Notes under the pieces: generated by a model
Database searches by the model: none
Told to the model about the DNA's origin: nothing
What the model saw: only the letters and a program-made list of their open reading frames with translations
From: Aquificales bacterium
GTDB taxonomy: Bacteria; Aquificota; Aquificia; Aquificales; QOAS01
NCBI GenBank assembly: GCA_027036735.1
Contig: JALWDU010000045.1
Coordinates: 1 to 40,299, forward strand
DNA: 40,299 bases
Direction of reading: 5' to 3'
Shown here: positions 26,818-34,523 of the stretch, in pieces
Position numbering within the stretch: the first letter of the stretch is position 1
How the letters are laid out: each line of letters opens with the position of its first letter
Position numbers and translations under genes: made by a program

Positions 26818-28260
26818 ATGGAAAAACTCCTCTTCGAACTCTCCAAAAGGGGTAAGAGAGCCGTTTCCCTCCCCAAGTGCGACGTTGAGGAGGTAAACCC
26901 CGAAGAGGTCATTCCCGAAGAATACCTCCGAAAGGACATCGACCTACCCGAAGTCTCCCAATTGGAGGTGGTTAGGCACTTTACCCGCCTATCGCAGTTA
27001 AACTATTCGGTTGACACCAACTTTTACCCCCTCGGGTCTTGCACCATGAAATACAACCCGAGGGTGAACGAAACGGTCGCATCCCTTGAGGGTTTTGCGA
27101 ATATCCACCCCCTCCAAGAGGAGGAAACGGTTCAGGGTATCCTCGAGGCGGCATATCTCCTAAAGGAATACCTCAAGGAGCTCGGAGGCTTTGCCGATGT
27201 ATCCCTCCAACCGGCGGCGGGTGCCCACGGCGAGCTTTTGGGGCTTCTGCTGATAGCCGCCTACCACAGGGATAGGGGCAACACCCAAAAGGATACCGTC
27301 CTCATACCCGACAGCGCCCACGGGACGAACCCCGCCTCCGCCGCGATAGCCGGTTTTAAGGTTAGGACTGTAAAGAGCGACAAAAACGGGGAACTCGATT
27401 GGGAAGACTTTAAAAAGAAGTTGGACGACCGCGTAGCGGCTCTGATGATTACAAACCCCAACACCCTTGGGATTTTCGAGAGACGCATAAAGGACATGGC
27501 GGACGCCCTCCACGAAAGGGACGCGCTTCTGTATATGGACGGCGCGAACTTCAACGCCCTAGTGGGTAGGATGCGCCCCGGCGATTGGGGGGTGGATGTG
27601 ATGCACTTCAACCTACACAAGACCTTTTCCACACCCCACGGGGGCGGGGGTCCCGGAAGCGGTCCCGTCGGCGTGAGCGAAAGGCTAAAGCCCTACCTGC
27701 CCGTCCCCCAGGTGGAGTTCGACGGGGAGAGATACTACCTCAATTGGGATATACCCAAATCGGTCGGGAAACTCCTCGCCTTCTACGGACACGTGGCGGT
27801 ATGGGTGAGGGCGCTCGCCTACATACTCGCCTACGGAAGGGAGATTTACAGGGTAGCCGACCACGCGATTTTAAACGCCCGTTATCTCCGTAAGAAACTC
27901 GAAGGTCTCTTTAACGACCCCTACAAACACGTCCCCTGTATGCACGAATTTGTCCTTTCGGCTACAAACCTCAAGAAATACGGCGTCAAAGCCCTCGACG
28001 TGGCTAAGAGAATGCTCGACTTCGGCGTCCACCCGCCGACGATGTATTTCCCCCTAATAGTCCCCGAGGCTCTCATGATAGAACCGACCGAAACGGAGGA
28101 GAAGGAAACCCTCGACCGGTTCGCCGAAATATGCAAAACCATAGTGGAGGAGGCAAAAACCGACCCCCAAAAGGTGAAAAACGCACCCTATACCACCCCC
28201 GTGAGGAGGATAAAGGAAGCCGAAGCCAACAGAAAACCCATCTTGAGGTTTCCCAAATAA
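26818..28260 (+). CDS. gcvPB: Glycine dehydrogenase (decarboxylating) subunit 2
   Basis: PLGSCTMKYNP, QPAAGAHGE and the PLP site HFNLHKTFSTPHGGGGPG. Confidence 0.97.
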   Translation: MEKLLFELSKRGKRAVSLPKCDVEEVNPEEVIPEEYLRKDIDLPEVSQLEVVRHFTRLSQLNYSVDTNFYPLGSCTMKYNPRVNETVASLEGFANIHPLQEEETVQGILEAAYLLKEYLKELGGFADVSLQPAAGAHGELLGLLLIAAYHRDRGNTQKDTVLIPDSAHGTNPASAAIAGFKVRTVKSDKNGELDWEDFKKKLDDRVAALMITNPNTLGIFERRIKDMADALHERDALLYMDGANFNALVGRMRPGDWGVDVMHFNLHKTFSTPHGGGGPGSGPVGVSERLKPYLPVPQVEFDGERYYLNWDIPKSVGKLLAFYGHVAVWVRALAYILAYGREIYRVADHAILNARYLRKKLEGLFNDPYKHVPCMHEFVLSATNLKKYGVKALDVAKRMLDFGVHPPTMYFPLIVPEALMIEPTETEEKETLDRFAEICKTIVEEAKTDPQKVKNAPYTTPVRRIKEAEANRKPILRFPK

Positions 28261-28436
28261 TTCCCTCCCCTTTAAGGGCTTTTCTTTTCCCAAACCCTCA
28301 CCCGTTCCAAAATTGACACTCAACCCGTTAAAGCGGGATTTCCCTCCCCAACCCCTAAAAGTTTTTCTCAAAAAACCGACACCTTTTGAGGGAAAACAAG
28401 AGAAAAACAGACCTCTATAGGGAAAAGGCGAGTTTT

Positions 28437-29204
28437 TTATCCCTCGAGTGGTTTGGCAAGAACCTTTCCCAAACCCATAGTGGTCTTTCTGCCTATACCG
28501 CTCCAATTGGAGAAGTTTAGCAATATGGAAAACCACCTCCTGGCTTCCCTATCCCTCACCAACGAGAGGTTAAAAACCGCAAAACCCCTAAAGGCGGTCA
28601 GTTTCCCGCCGTTTGAAAACTCCACCTTTTGGGACTTTAGGGAAAAGGAGGAAACCTTTACGAGGTTGTAAAAGGGCCTTAGGTCTACCCCTACCGGTGT
28701 GGGGGAAAAGGCGTTCCACCTCTTTACGAGACCCTTAAACACCAACTCCGGAAGGGGAAAAGGGAGGTCTATATCGTTCCTCCTAAAGGTGGTCGGACTC
28801 AAAAATCTAACCAACCACCTTTGGGTTTCGAATGTGTCTTCTTTCAAACTTTGGTAGGTGGCGATATATTTCTCCCCAACGGGGAGTATTGAAAGGTCGG
28901 TTATTCCCACCCCTCCCAAAAAGAGGTCTTCCTTATCCCCCAAAATTATCCCCGATAGGAGTTTGGCTAAAAGTTTTTCCTCCAAGAGGTTGATTTCGAG
29001 GTGCAGAACCTCCGTAGGTTTCTCCCCGAACATCTCCCCACAGCTTAGGGAGTAGGGTTTAACGTTCCCATAACGGGTGTGAAGTTCCTCCGCAAGCTCC
29101 CCGCCGAGGAGTTTGAAAAAAAGCCCGTGGAGGGTGTCCGGTTTTATCTCCCTCCCTCTTATGGGTTTTTCCAATTTCAAGCGCAAAACCACCTTTGAGG
29201 GCAT
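28437..29204 (-). CDS. cas6: CRISPR-associated endoribonuclease Cas6 (orphan)
   Basis: C-terminal G-loop GIGRKTTMGLG, F.SPT.F, P.P..VF..L..RWN.F and N-terminal LHGLFF. Confidence 0.92.
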   Translation of the reverse strand: MPSKVVLRLKLEKPIRGREIKPDTLHGLFFKLLGGELAEELHTRYGNVKPYSLSCGEMFGEKPTEVLHLEINLLEEKLLAKLLSGIILGDKEDLFLGGVGITDLSILPVGEKYIATYQSLKEDTFETQRWLVRFLSPTTFRRNDIDLPFPLPELVFKGLVKRWNAFSPTPVGVDLRPFYNLVKVSSFSLKSQKVEFSNGGKLTAFRGFAVFNLSLVRDREARRWFSILLNFSNWSGIGRKTTMGLGKVLAKPLEG

Positions 29205-29218
29205 TTTTATTTCCCACT

Positions 29219-29650
29219 TTAGGCGGAATGTTTGTTTTTCAACTCCCCCAAAAGGGTTAAGACCTTTTCCTCAATCCTTTTAAAGGTCTCCTCAAAAGCC
29301 CCCTTTCGGGTTTGGTAATCCCCCTCCACCTTTGCGGGGTCGGGCAAAGCCCAAGATACCACTTTTGCATCGGGAATATAAGGGCATTCCTCCTCCTCGC
29401 AGAGGACAAAGACCAAATCGAGTTCCCGCAAAGGGATTTCGTTTAAATGTTTAGACCTCAAATTGGAGGTGTCTATTCCTTTTTCCTCCAGAACTTCTAA
29501 AGCCAAAGGGTGAACGTATCCGCTCGGCTTGGAACCCGCCGAATAGAATTTAATCCCCTCCAAACCGAGACGCTTTGCGTGATGGCGCGCCAGCGCTTCG
29601 GCAATCTGACTGCGAGCCGAATTTCCCACGCAGATAAAGGCGATTTTCAT
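29219..29650 (-). CDS. arsC: Arsenate reductase, LMW-PTP fold (thioredoxin type)
   Basis: CVGNSARSQ P-loop, LCEEEECP redox Cys pair and W..PDP. Confidence 0.88.
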   Translation of the reverse strand: MKIAFICVGNSARSQIAEALARHHAKRLGLEGIKFYSAGSKPSGYVHPLALEVLEEKGIDTSNLRSKHLNEIPLRELDLVFVLCEEEECPYIPDAKVVSWALPDPAKVEGDYQTRKGAFEETFKRIEEKVLTLLGELKNKHSA

Positions 29651-29670
29651 TAAGTCTCTATTAAAGGTAT

Positions 29671-29695
29671 AAGCCCGCGCGAAGCGCGGGGGTTT
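29671..29695. repeat. Palindromic repeat copy 4 (variant), between divergent genes
   Basis: AAGCCCGCGC-GAA-GCGCGGGGGTTT. Same flanks and GAA loop as the other copies. Confidence 0.75.
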
Positions 29696-29703
29696 AATTT
29701 AAT

Positions 29704-30687
29704 TTGGGTATGCTGACGGTCGGACACGGGAGGCAAAAGCGCTTCCTCGAAAAATCCCACCTCCAGGGAAGGGTCGCCTCCGCCTACGCCTTCATAGGGC
29801 GGGAGGGGATAGGGAAGAGGCTCCTCGCCCTCGAATTCGCCCGCGGACTGCTATGCAAAAACTACCAACCCTTTGGGTGTGGGGAGTGCAAAAGTTGCCG
29901 TTTGGTGGATAACTTTATAAAGTCCCTCCGCGAGGGGGAGACCGATAAATTCGCCTACCACACCACCGACGAGGGGGGAAAAAAGCACTTTGCCTTCCTC
30001 ATAGGGGAACACCCCGACCTAATCCTCGTCCCACCCGACGGAAACCAGATAAAGATAGACCAAATTAGGGAACTCCAGGAGTATGTCGCCCTAAAACCCA
30101 CGGGGAGGCATAAAGTTGTAATAATCGACGACGCGGGGAAGATGAACCCCCAAGCCCAAAATGCGTTACTCAAAACCCTCGAAGAACCACCCCAAGGGGT
30201 TGTCTTTATCCTAATAGCCACCAATAGGGGCGAACTTCTCCCGACCATCCTCTCGAGGTGTCAGGTGGTCGAATTCCAACCCCTAAAGAGGGAGGAGGTC
30301 GAAAAGGTTCTCACCTCGGTGGGTAGGGATATACCCCAGACCCTCCGAGAGTTGGCGAAATCGAAGGGGAGCCTTGCGGTGCTAAGGCTAACCGAGGAGG
30401 GGGAGGCGGTCGGCGAAATGCTGGCGCTCCTAGGCGACCCGAAGGCGCTCACCTACGGGCAAATAATCGACCTCTCGGAGGAGTTCGAAAAACTCCCCAC
30501 CGAGGTAAGGGAAACCTTCCTAAACCTCTTGGAGGAGCTTCTGACCGACAAACTCCTAAGGGGTGAGATAGATACGAAAACCTTTGAGGGTGCGAGCCGC
30601 TATATCTCCGAAACCAAAAGGGGTCTAAAGAGGGGAATAAAACCCAAATTGGCGATGGAGAATATCCTCCTAACCCTAAAGGGTTAG
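29704..30687 (+). CDS. holB: DNA polymerase III delta' subunit
   Basis: GREGIGK, Zn Cys cluster, HPD, IKIDQIR, AQNALLKTLEEP and SRC. Confidence 0.93.
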   Translation: MGMLTVGHGRQKRFLEKSHLQGRVASAYAFIGREGIGKRLLALEFARGLLCKNYQPFGCGECKSCRLVDNFIKSLREGETDKFAYHTTDEGGKKHFAFLIGEHPDLILVPPDGNQIKIDQIRELQEYVALKPTGRHKVVIIDDAGKMNPQAQNALLKTLEEPPQGVVFILIATNRGELLPTILSRCQVVEFQPLKREEVEKVLTSVGRDIPQTLRELAKSKGSLAVLRLTEEGEAVGEMLALLGDPKALTYGQIIDLSEEFEKLPTEVRETFLNLLEELLTDKLLRGEIDTKTFEGASRYISETKRGLKRGIKPKLAMENILLTLKG

Positions 30688-31046
30688 CCGCCGAAAATCA
30701 TCTCTCCCAAATGTTCCACCTCCTCTATTCCCAACCGCCTTAGGTATTCCCTAAAGCTCCCGTCCACCTCTATGTTGTATCTCTTTAAAACCTCCGAGAG
30801 TTTCTTAAAAATCTTCTCCCCCTGCTTGTCGATATCGGTGAGGAGAACAACCTTTTCCGTTTCGGGTGGAAGCTCCTCGACGAGGTCAAAGTAATTCTTC
30901 CCCGACAGGGTATAGACATTTTTTATCCCAAACCTCTTTAGGACAAAAAAGTCCCTCTTACCCTCCACGAGGACGGGGTATTTTTCCGAAACCTCCCTCA
31001 GGCGGGTAACAAATTCCTTGAAAATCTCCCTTTGAGGGTTCTCCAT
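30684..31046 (-). CDS. Stand-alone Toprim-domain protein
   Basis: VLVEGKRD and LTDID (DxD) motifs. 120 aa. Confidence 0.88.
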   Translation of the reverse strand: MENPQREIFKEFVTRLREVSEKYPVLVEGKRDFFVLKRFGIKNVYTLSGKNYFDLVEELPPETEKVVLLTDIDKQGEKIFKKLSEVLKRYNIEVDGSFREYLRRLGIEEVEHLGEMIFGG

Positions 31047-31056
31047 ACCGAAAAAT

Positions 31057-32091
31057 TTACCCCTTTAGGTATCGCTTTACCCTCTCACCTATGCGGGTCA
31101 TTATCTCGTAGGGGATGGTCCCGCATAGGGTTGCCAGGTCGGAGAATTTCCGCCGACCGTTAACTATCTCTACGTATTCCCCTACGCGGGGTTTTACATT
31201 TCCGAAAACCACCGCGGTTAAATCCATCGTTATATTTCCCGCAACGGGGTAGGGTTTGCCCCTGTAATAGACCACCGCACGGTTCGATAGGCACCTCATA
31301 AACCCGTCGGCGTAGCCAAAGGATATAACCCCCACATAGGAGGGTTTTTTCAGCCTATACCTGCACCCGTAGGAGATGCAGCTTCCCTTCGGCAGTCGGC
31401 GGACTTCCAAAATCCTCGCCCCTATGCGGGAGGGAAATTTCAGCTTTAAAACCCCTTTGAGGTCTCTGCTTCCGTATTCCCCGTATAGGGATAGTCCAAC
31501 CCTAACCAAATTGGCGAAGGGAACCTTATAGGAGAGCCCCGCGCTGTTTTGGAGGTGGACGTATTTAACCCTAAGGGGTCTTACGAGTTTCCTAAAAACC
31601 TCTATCTGTTTGAGGGTGAAATGTCTATCCACCTCCGCCGACGGAAAGTGGGTCATAACCCCCTGCGGTGGAAAAACCCTTAAAAGCCCGTAAGGGGGTT
31701 TTAAAAATCCGAGCCTCCCCATACCGGTGTCCACGTTGAGGTGGTAGGGAATTCTATTCCTCACCGCGAGGAGGAGTTGCCGCCTATCGGACACCACGGG
31801 GGTTAGTCCGTATTTTTCCACCAAGGGGAGTTCCTCCTTAAAAAATCCCGACAAGAGGAGTATCGGTTTTTTCACCCCTAAAAGGCGGAGTTTTTTCCCC
31901 TCCTCCGGTGTGGCTACCGCCAAAAATTCGACCTCCTCGAGGCGGTCAAAGAGCGGGGCGACGAGGTGGGCGCCGTGCCCGTAGGCGTTGGCTTTTACAA
32001 CCGCAATAATTCTTTTCCCCGCGAAGCGGGCTATTTCTCTTACGTTTGAAACCAGAGCGTTGGCGTCTATCTCCCAAAAGGCGCGGGGCAT
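31057..32091 (-). CDS. alr: Alanine racemase
   Basis: VVKANAYGHG, DTGMGRLG, ISYG, GYADG and TIPYEI. Confidence 0.97.
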   Translation of the reverse strand: MPRAFWEIDANALVSNVREIARFAGKRIIAVVKANAYGHGAHLVAPLFDRLEEVEFLAVATPEEGKKLRLLGVKKPILLLSGFFKEELPLVEKYGLTPVVSDRRQLLLAVRNRIPYHLNVDTGMGRLGFLKPPYGLLRVFPPQGVMTHFPSAEVDRHFTLKQIEVFRKLVRPLRVKYVHLQNSAGLSYKVPFANLVRVGLSLYGEYGSRDLKGVLKLKFPSRIGARILEVRRLPKGSCISYGCRYRLKKPSYVGVISFGYADGFMRCLSNRAVVYYRGKPYPVAGNITMDLTAVVFGNVKPRVGEYVEIVNGRRKFSDLATLCGTIPYEIMTRIGERVKRYLKG

Positions 32092-32109
32092 AGCTCGAAA
32101 AACTAAAGA

Positions 32110-32787
32110 TTAAAGCAACCCCTCCGCTTTGAAGGAGTAATATCCGCCCTCCCCCAGGATTACGTGGTCTAAGAGTTCCAAACCGAGGAGCTCGGCACCT
32201 TCCCTAACGCGGTCGGTGAATTCGATATCCTCCGCCGAGGGTTCGGGTGAGCCGTCGGGGTGGTTGTGGACGAGTATAAAGAAATAGCCCCCGTTTGCCA
32301 CAACGGGGTGCAAGACCTCCCTCGGGGGTGCGTATACCGCATTTAGGTGTCCCAGGGCTACCAAATCGACCGAAAGGAGTCTCTGCGAACCGCTAAGGGT
32401 GAGGACGAACAGGTGTTCCTTCCTCCCCTTTATGAGGGGTCTAACTATCTCCTCCACCTGCGAGGGGGAGGTTATTTTCGGTTTCTCCCCCTTTTGGTTT
32501 CTCCTGCATAGTTCCAAAACCGCCTTTACGGTCAGAGCCTTAACCCTACCCACACCGGGGATTTTCGAAAGCTCTTCCAACCCCATTTGGGCGAGTTTCT
32601 CGAAACCCAACTCCGCGAGGGTTTCCCCAATCTCCAACACGCTAAACCCCTTTGTGCCGCTACCCAGTATTACCGCCCACAGCTCCCCCTCGGTGAGCCT
32701 TTCGGAGCCTAACTTCTGAAGTTTCTCCCTCGGCAGTAGTTCCTTCGGAAACTCCCTTACCGGTTTCGGCTTTTTTCTATAAACCAT
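32110..32787 (-). CDS. radC: RadC-family JAB-domain protein
   Basis: PREKL, ILGSGT, HhH IPGVG, HNHPDG.P.PS.ED and LLDHVI. Confidence 0.95.
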   Translation of the reverse strand: MVYRKKPKPVREFPKELLPREKLQKLGSERLTEGELWAVILGSGTKGFSVLEIGETLAELGFEKLAQMGLEELSKIPGVGRVKALTVKAVLELCRRNQKGEKPKITSPSQVEEIVRPLIKGRKEHLFVLTLSGSQRLLSVDLVALGHLNAVYAPPREVLHPVVANGGYFFILVHNHPDGSPEPSAEDIEFTDRVREGAELLGLELLDHVILGEGGYYSFKAEGLL

Positions 32788-32886
32788 TTGTAGGAATAGA
32801 GTTTTTCATAAATACCTTACGGGTTTGTTTTTTTTGTGAAAACCCACCCGATGGAGTGCTCGGAAATTACCCCCCCTTCTGTGCAA

Positions 32887-33015
32887 TCCTCTAAAATCCA
32901 CTAATGGTGGAAGGATTTGGATATTTACCCTCCAAGGGGGGGATTTGAAACCTCAACCGTTAAATCCTGCACAAATTGGGTTTCCCCTATCCCGGAACTC
33001 CCCCATTTTAGAGGA
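32887..33015. repeat. 11-bp perfect inverted repeat enclosing a structured non-coding segment
   Basis: TCCTCTAAAAT (32887-32897) and ATTTTAGAGGA (33005-33015). Confidence 0.7.
32915..32951 (+). CRISPR. Possible solitary CRISPR-repeat-like unit (not an array)
   Basis: 37 nt, ATTTGGATATTTACCCTCCAAGGGGGGGATTTGAAAC, with an internal C/G hairpin and a 3' ATTTGAAAC handle. Single copy only. Confidence 0.3.
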
Positions 33016-33030
33016 GGTGTTACAAATTCC

Positions 33031-34080
33031 TTAAAACCCCTCAAGTAGCGCAAACAGACATATACCCATTACGAGGAAAAGGAGGTTTAACGACCAAAAT
33101 AGGAACCAAAAAATCCCCCTATCCAACCCGCTTTTGAGGTAAAGCCTTATTCCAATCAGATTTGCGAGGGAGGCTACGGGCGTTCCAAAACCCCCCACGT
33201 TGGAGCCCAGAAGTAGGGGTTTCCAAAGGGGGGTGAGCTTAGCCAGTATCACCGCAACGGGGACGTTGCTCACAACCTGCGAGAGGAGAACGCTCCCCAT
33301 AAACACTCCAAAGGGTGAGGGGGAAAGGAGTTCCACCTTAATAAGGGAGGAAAAGGCAAAAAACACCAAAAAGGTTAAAAGCAGGTTGCAATCGACCCTT
33401 AAGGTCTCCCAATAAAGAAGTCCCACGAGCGGAACGGCAATCAGACCCCACAGGGGAAGTATCTTGAAGAAAACCCCCAAAAAGAGGAAAAAAGCAACCG
33501 TAGAGACCAAAAGGGGGCGAAGGTTTAAAACAAAACCGCCCTTTGGAGACTCCGCCTTTCCCATACCCCGAGGGGCTAATATCGATAAAAAGACCAATAG
33601 GGGTAAAAACAGGGGAACCACCGCCGAGAGGAAATCCCTCAAGGTTAGCCCGTAGTGGTGGACGAGGTAGATATTTTGCGGGTTGCCGAAGGGTGAGAGC
33701 GCCGAACCGATGTTGGCGGCGAGTATCTCCAAAACCACCAATAGGGGTATAAGACCTCTGTTCCTCTTCAGGAGCAGGGTAACGGGGACGACCGTCAGGA
33801 GTGCGGCGTCGTTGGTGACAAACATAGAGAGGACGGCGGTATAGAGCACCAAAAGGGTGGGAAAGGGTTTAAAGTCCTCCAATCGGAGCGCCAAAAACTC
33901 CAAAACCCCCGAAAGTTCGAAACCTTTCACCGCCACCAAAAGGGTAAACAGGAGTGCGAGAACCCTCCACTCGTCGGGTGAAATTCTGGGAGGTTCCCCC
34001 CGCCAAAGGGAGAGTGCGACGGTGCCGACCGCAAAGAGGAGCAGGAAAAACTCCCTTAGCAGAAACGAGCGGAGGGACAT
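33031..34080 (-). CDS. SLC13/ArsB-NhaD (ion transporter superfamily) permease
   Basis: VTNDAA, AANIGSALSPFGNPQN, SQVVSNVP and GGFGTPVASLANLI. Confidence 0.9.
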   Translation of the reverse strand: MSLRSFLLREFFLLLFAVGTVALSLWRGEPPRISPDEWRVLALLFTLLVAVKGFELSGVLEFLALRLEDFKPFPTLLVLYTAVLSMFVTNDAALLTVVPVTLLLKRNRGLIPLLVVLEILAANIGSALSPFGNPQNIYLVHHYGLTLRDFLSAVVPLFLPLLVFLSILAPRGMGKAESPKGGFVLNLRPLLVSTVAFFLFLGVFFKILPLWGLIAVPLVGLLYWETLRVDCNLLLTFLVFFAFSSLIKVELLSPSPFGVFMGSVLLSQVVSNVPVAVILAKLTPLWKPLLLGSNVGGFGTPVASLANLIGIRLYLKSGLDRGIFWFLFWSLNLLFLVMGICLFALLEGF

Positions 34081-34199
34081 AAAGTTAGAAATTACTAACA
34101 TTTGGAGGAAAAACTATTTCTTTCTGCCAAAGGTTGGGACTCACGATACTCCGAACAAAGGTTTTTTAAATCAAAATTTCAAATTGGGAGGTCGAAAAT

Positions 34200-34472
34200 A
34201 TGGCTACGGCTATGGAATTGGAAGTTGCAAAAGATACATTTGAGAAGGAGTTTCCCAATGTTGAAGAAAAGCTTTCCAAACAACTAGCCACAAAGGAGGA
34301 CATTTATAAAGTCAAAGAGGAACTTTTTCAGGCAAAGGAGGAGTTAAAACGGGACATTAACAGAATCGAAAAGGAACTTTTAACCGTAAAAATTCTCCTA
34401 TGGGTGGTAGTTGTGCTTACAGCCGCCTCTTTCTTTCCCCAACTTCTCCATCTGCTACGCTTTATTAAATAA
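34200..34472 (+). CDS. DUF1640/CCDC90-like small coiled-coil protein with a C-terminal TM
   Basis: LATKED motif, heptad pattern, hydrophobic C-terminus and a GGAGG RBS. AT-rich. Confidence 0.75.
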   Translation: MATAMELEVAKDTFEKEFPNVEEKLSKQLATKEDIYKVKEELFQAKEELKRDINRIEKELLTVKILLWVVVVLTAASFFPQLLHLLRFIK

Positions 34473-34488
34473 CTTTAAAAAATTTGGA

Positions 34489-34515
34489 AAATCCCCGCCG
34501 CGAAGCGGCGGGCTT
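34489..34515 (+). repeat. Palindromic repeat copy 5 (variant, longer stem)
   Basis: AAATCCCCGCCGC-GAA-GCGGCGGGCTT, between convergent genes. Confidence 0.8.
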
Positions 34516-34523
34516 CTTTGTCT

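Noticed and set aside
26818-28260. gcvPB without adjacent gcvPA/T/H, and likewise khtT without khtU and grpE without dnaK
   Set aside because: Scattered pathway genes are the norm throughout this window, so this is not informative by itself.
28261-28436. CRISPR array next to cas6, or a promoter at TTGACA 28313
   Set aside because: There are no regularly spaced direct repeats, and no acceptable -10 box lies 16-18 bp downstream of the TTGACA.
29219-34080. arsC plus ArsB-like permease as an arsenic-resistance operon
   Set aside because: They are 3.4 kb apart with unrelated genes between them, there is no arsR, and the permease is a generic SLC13/IT-family member.
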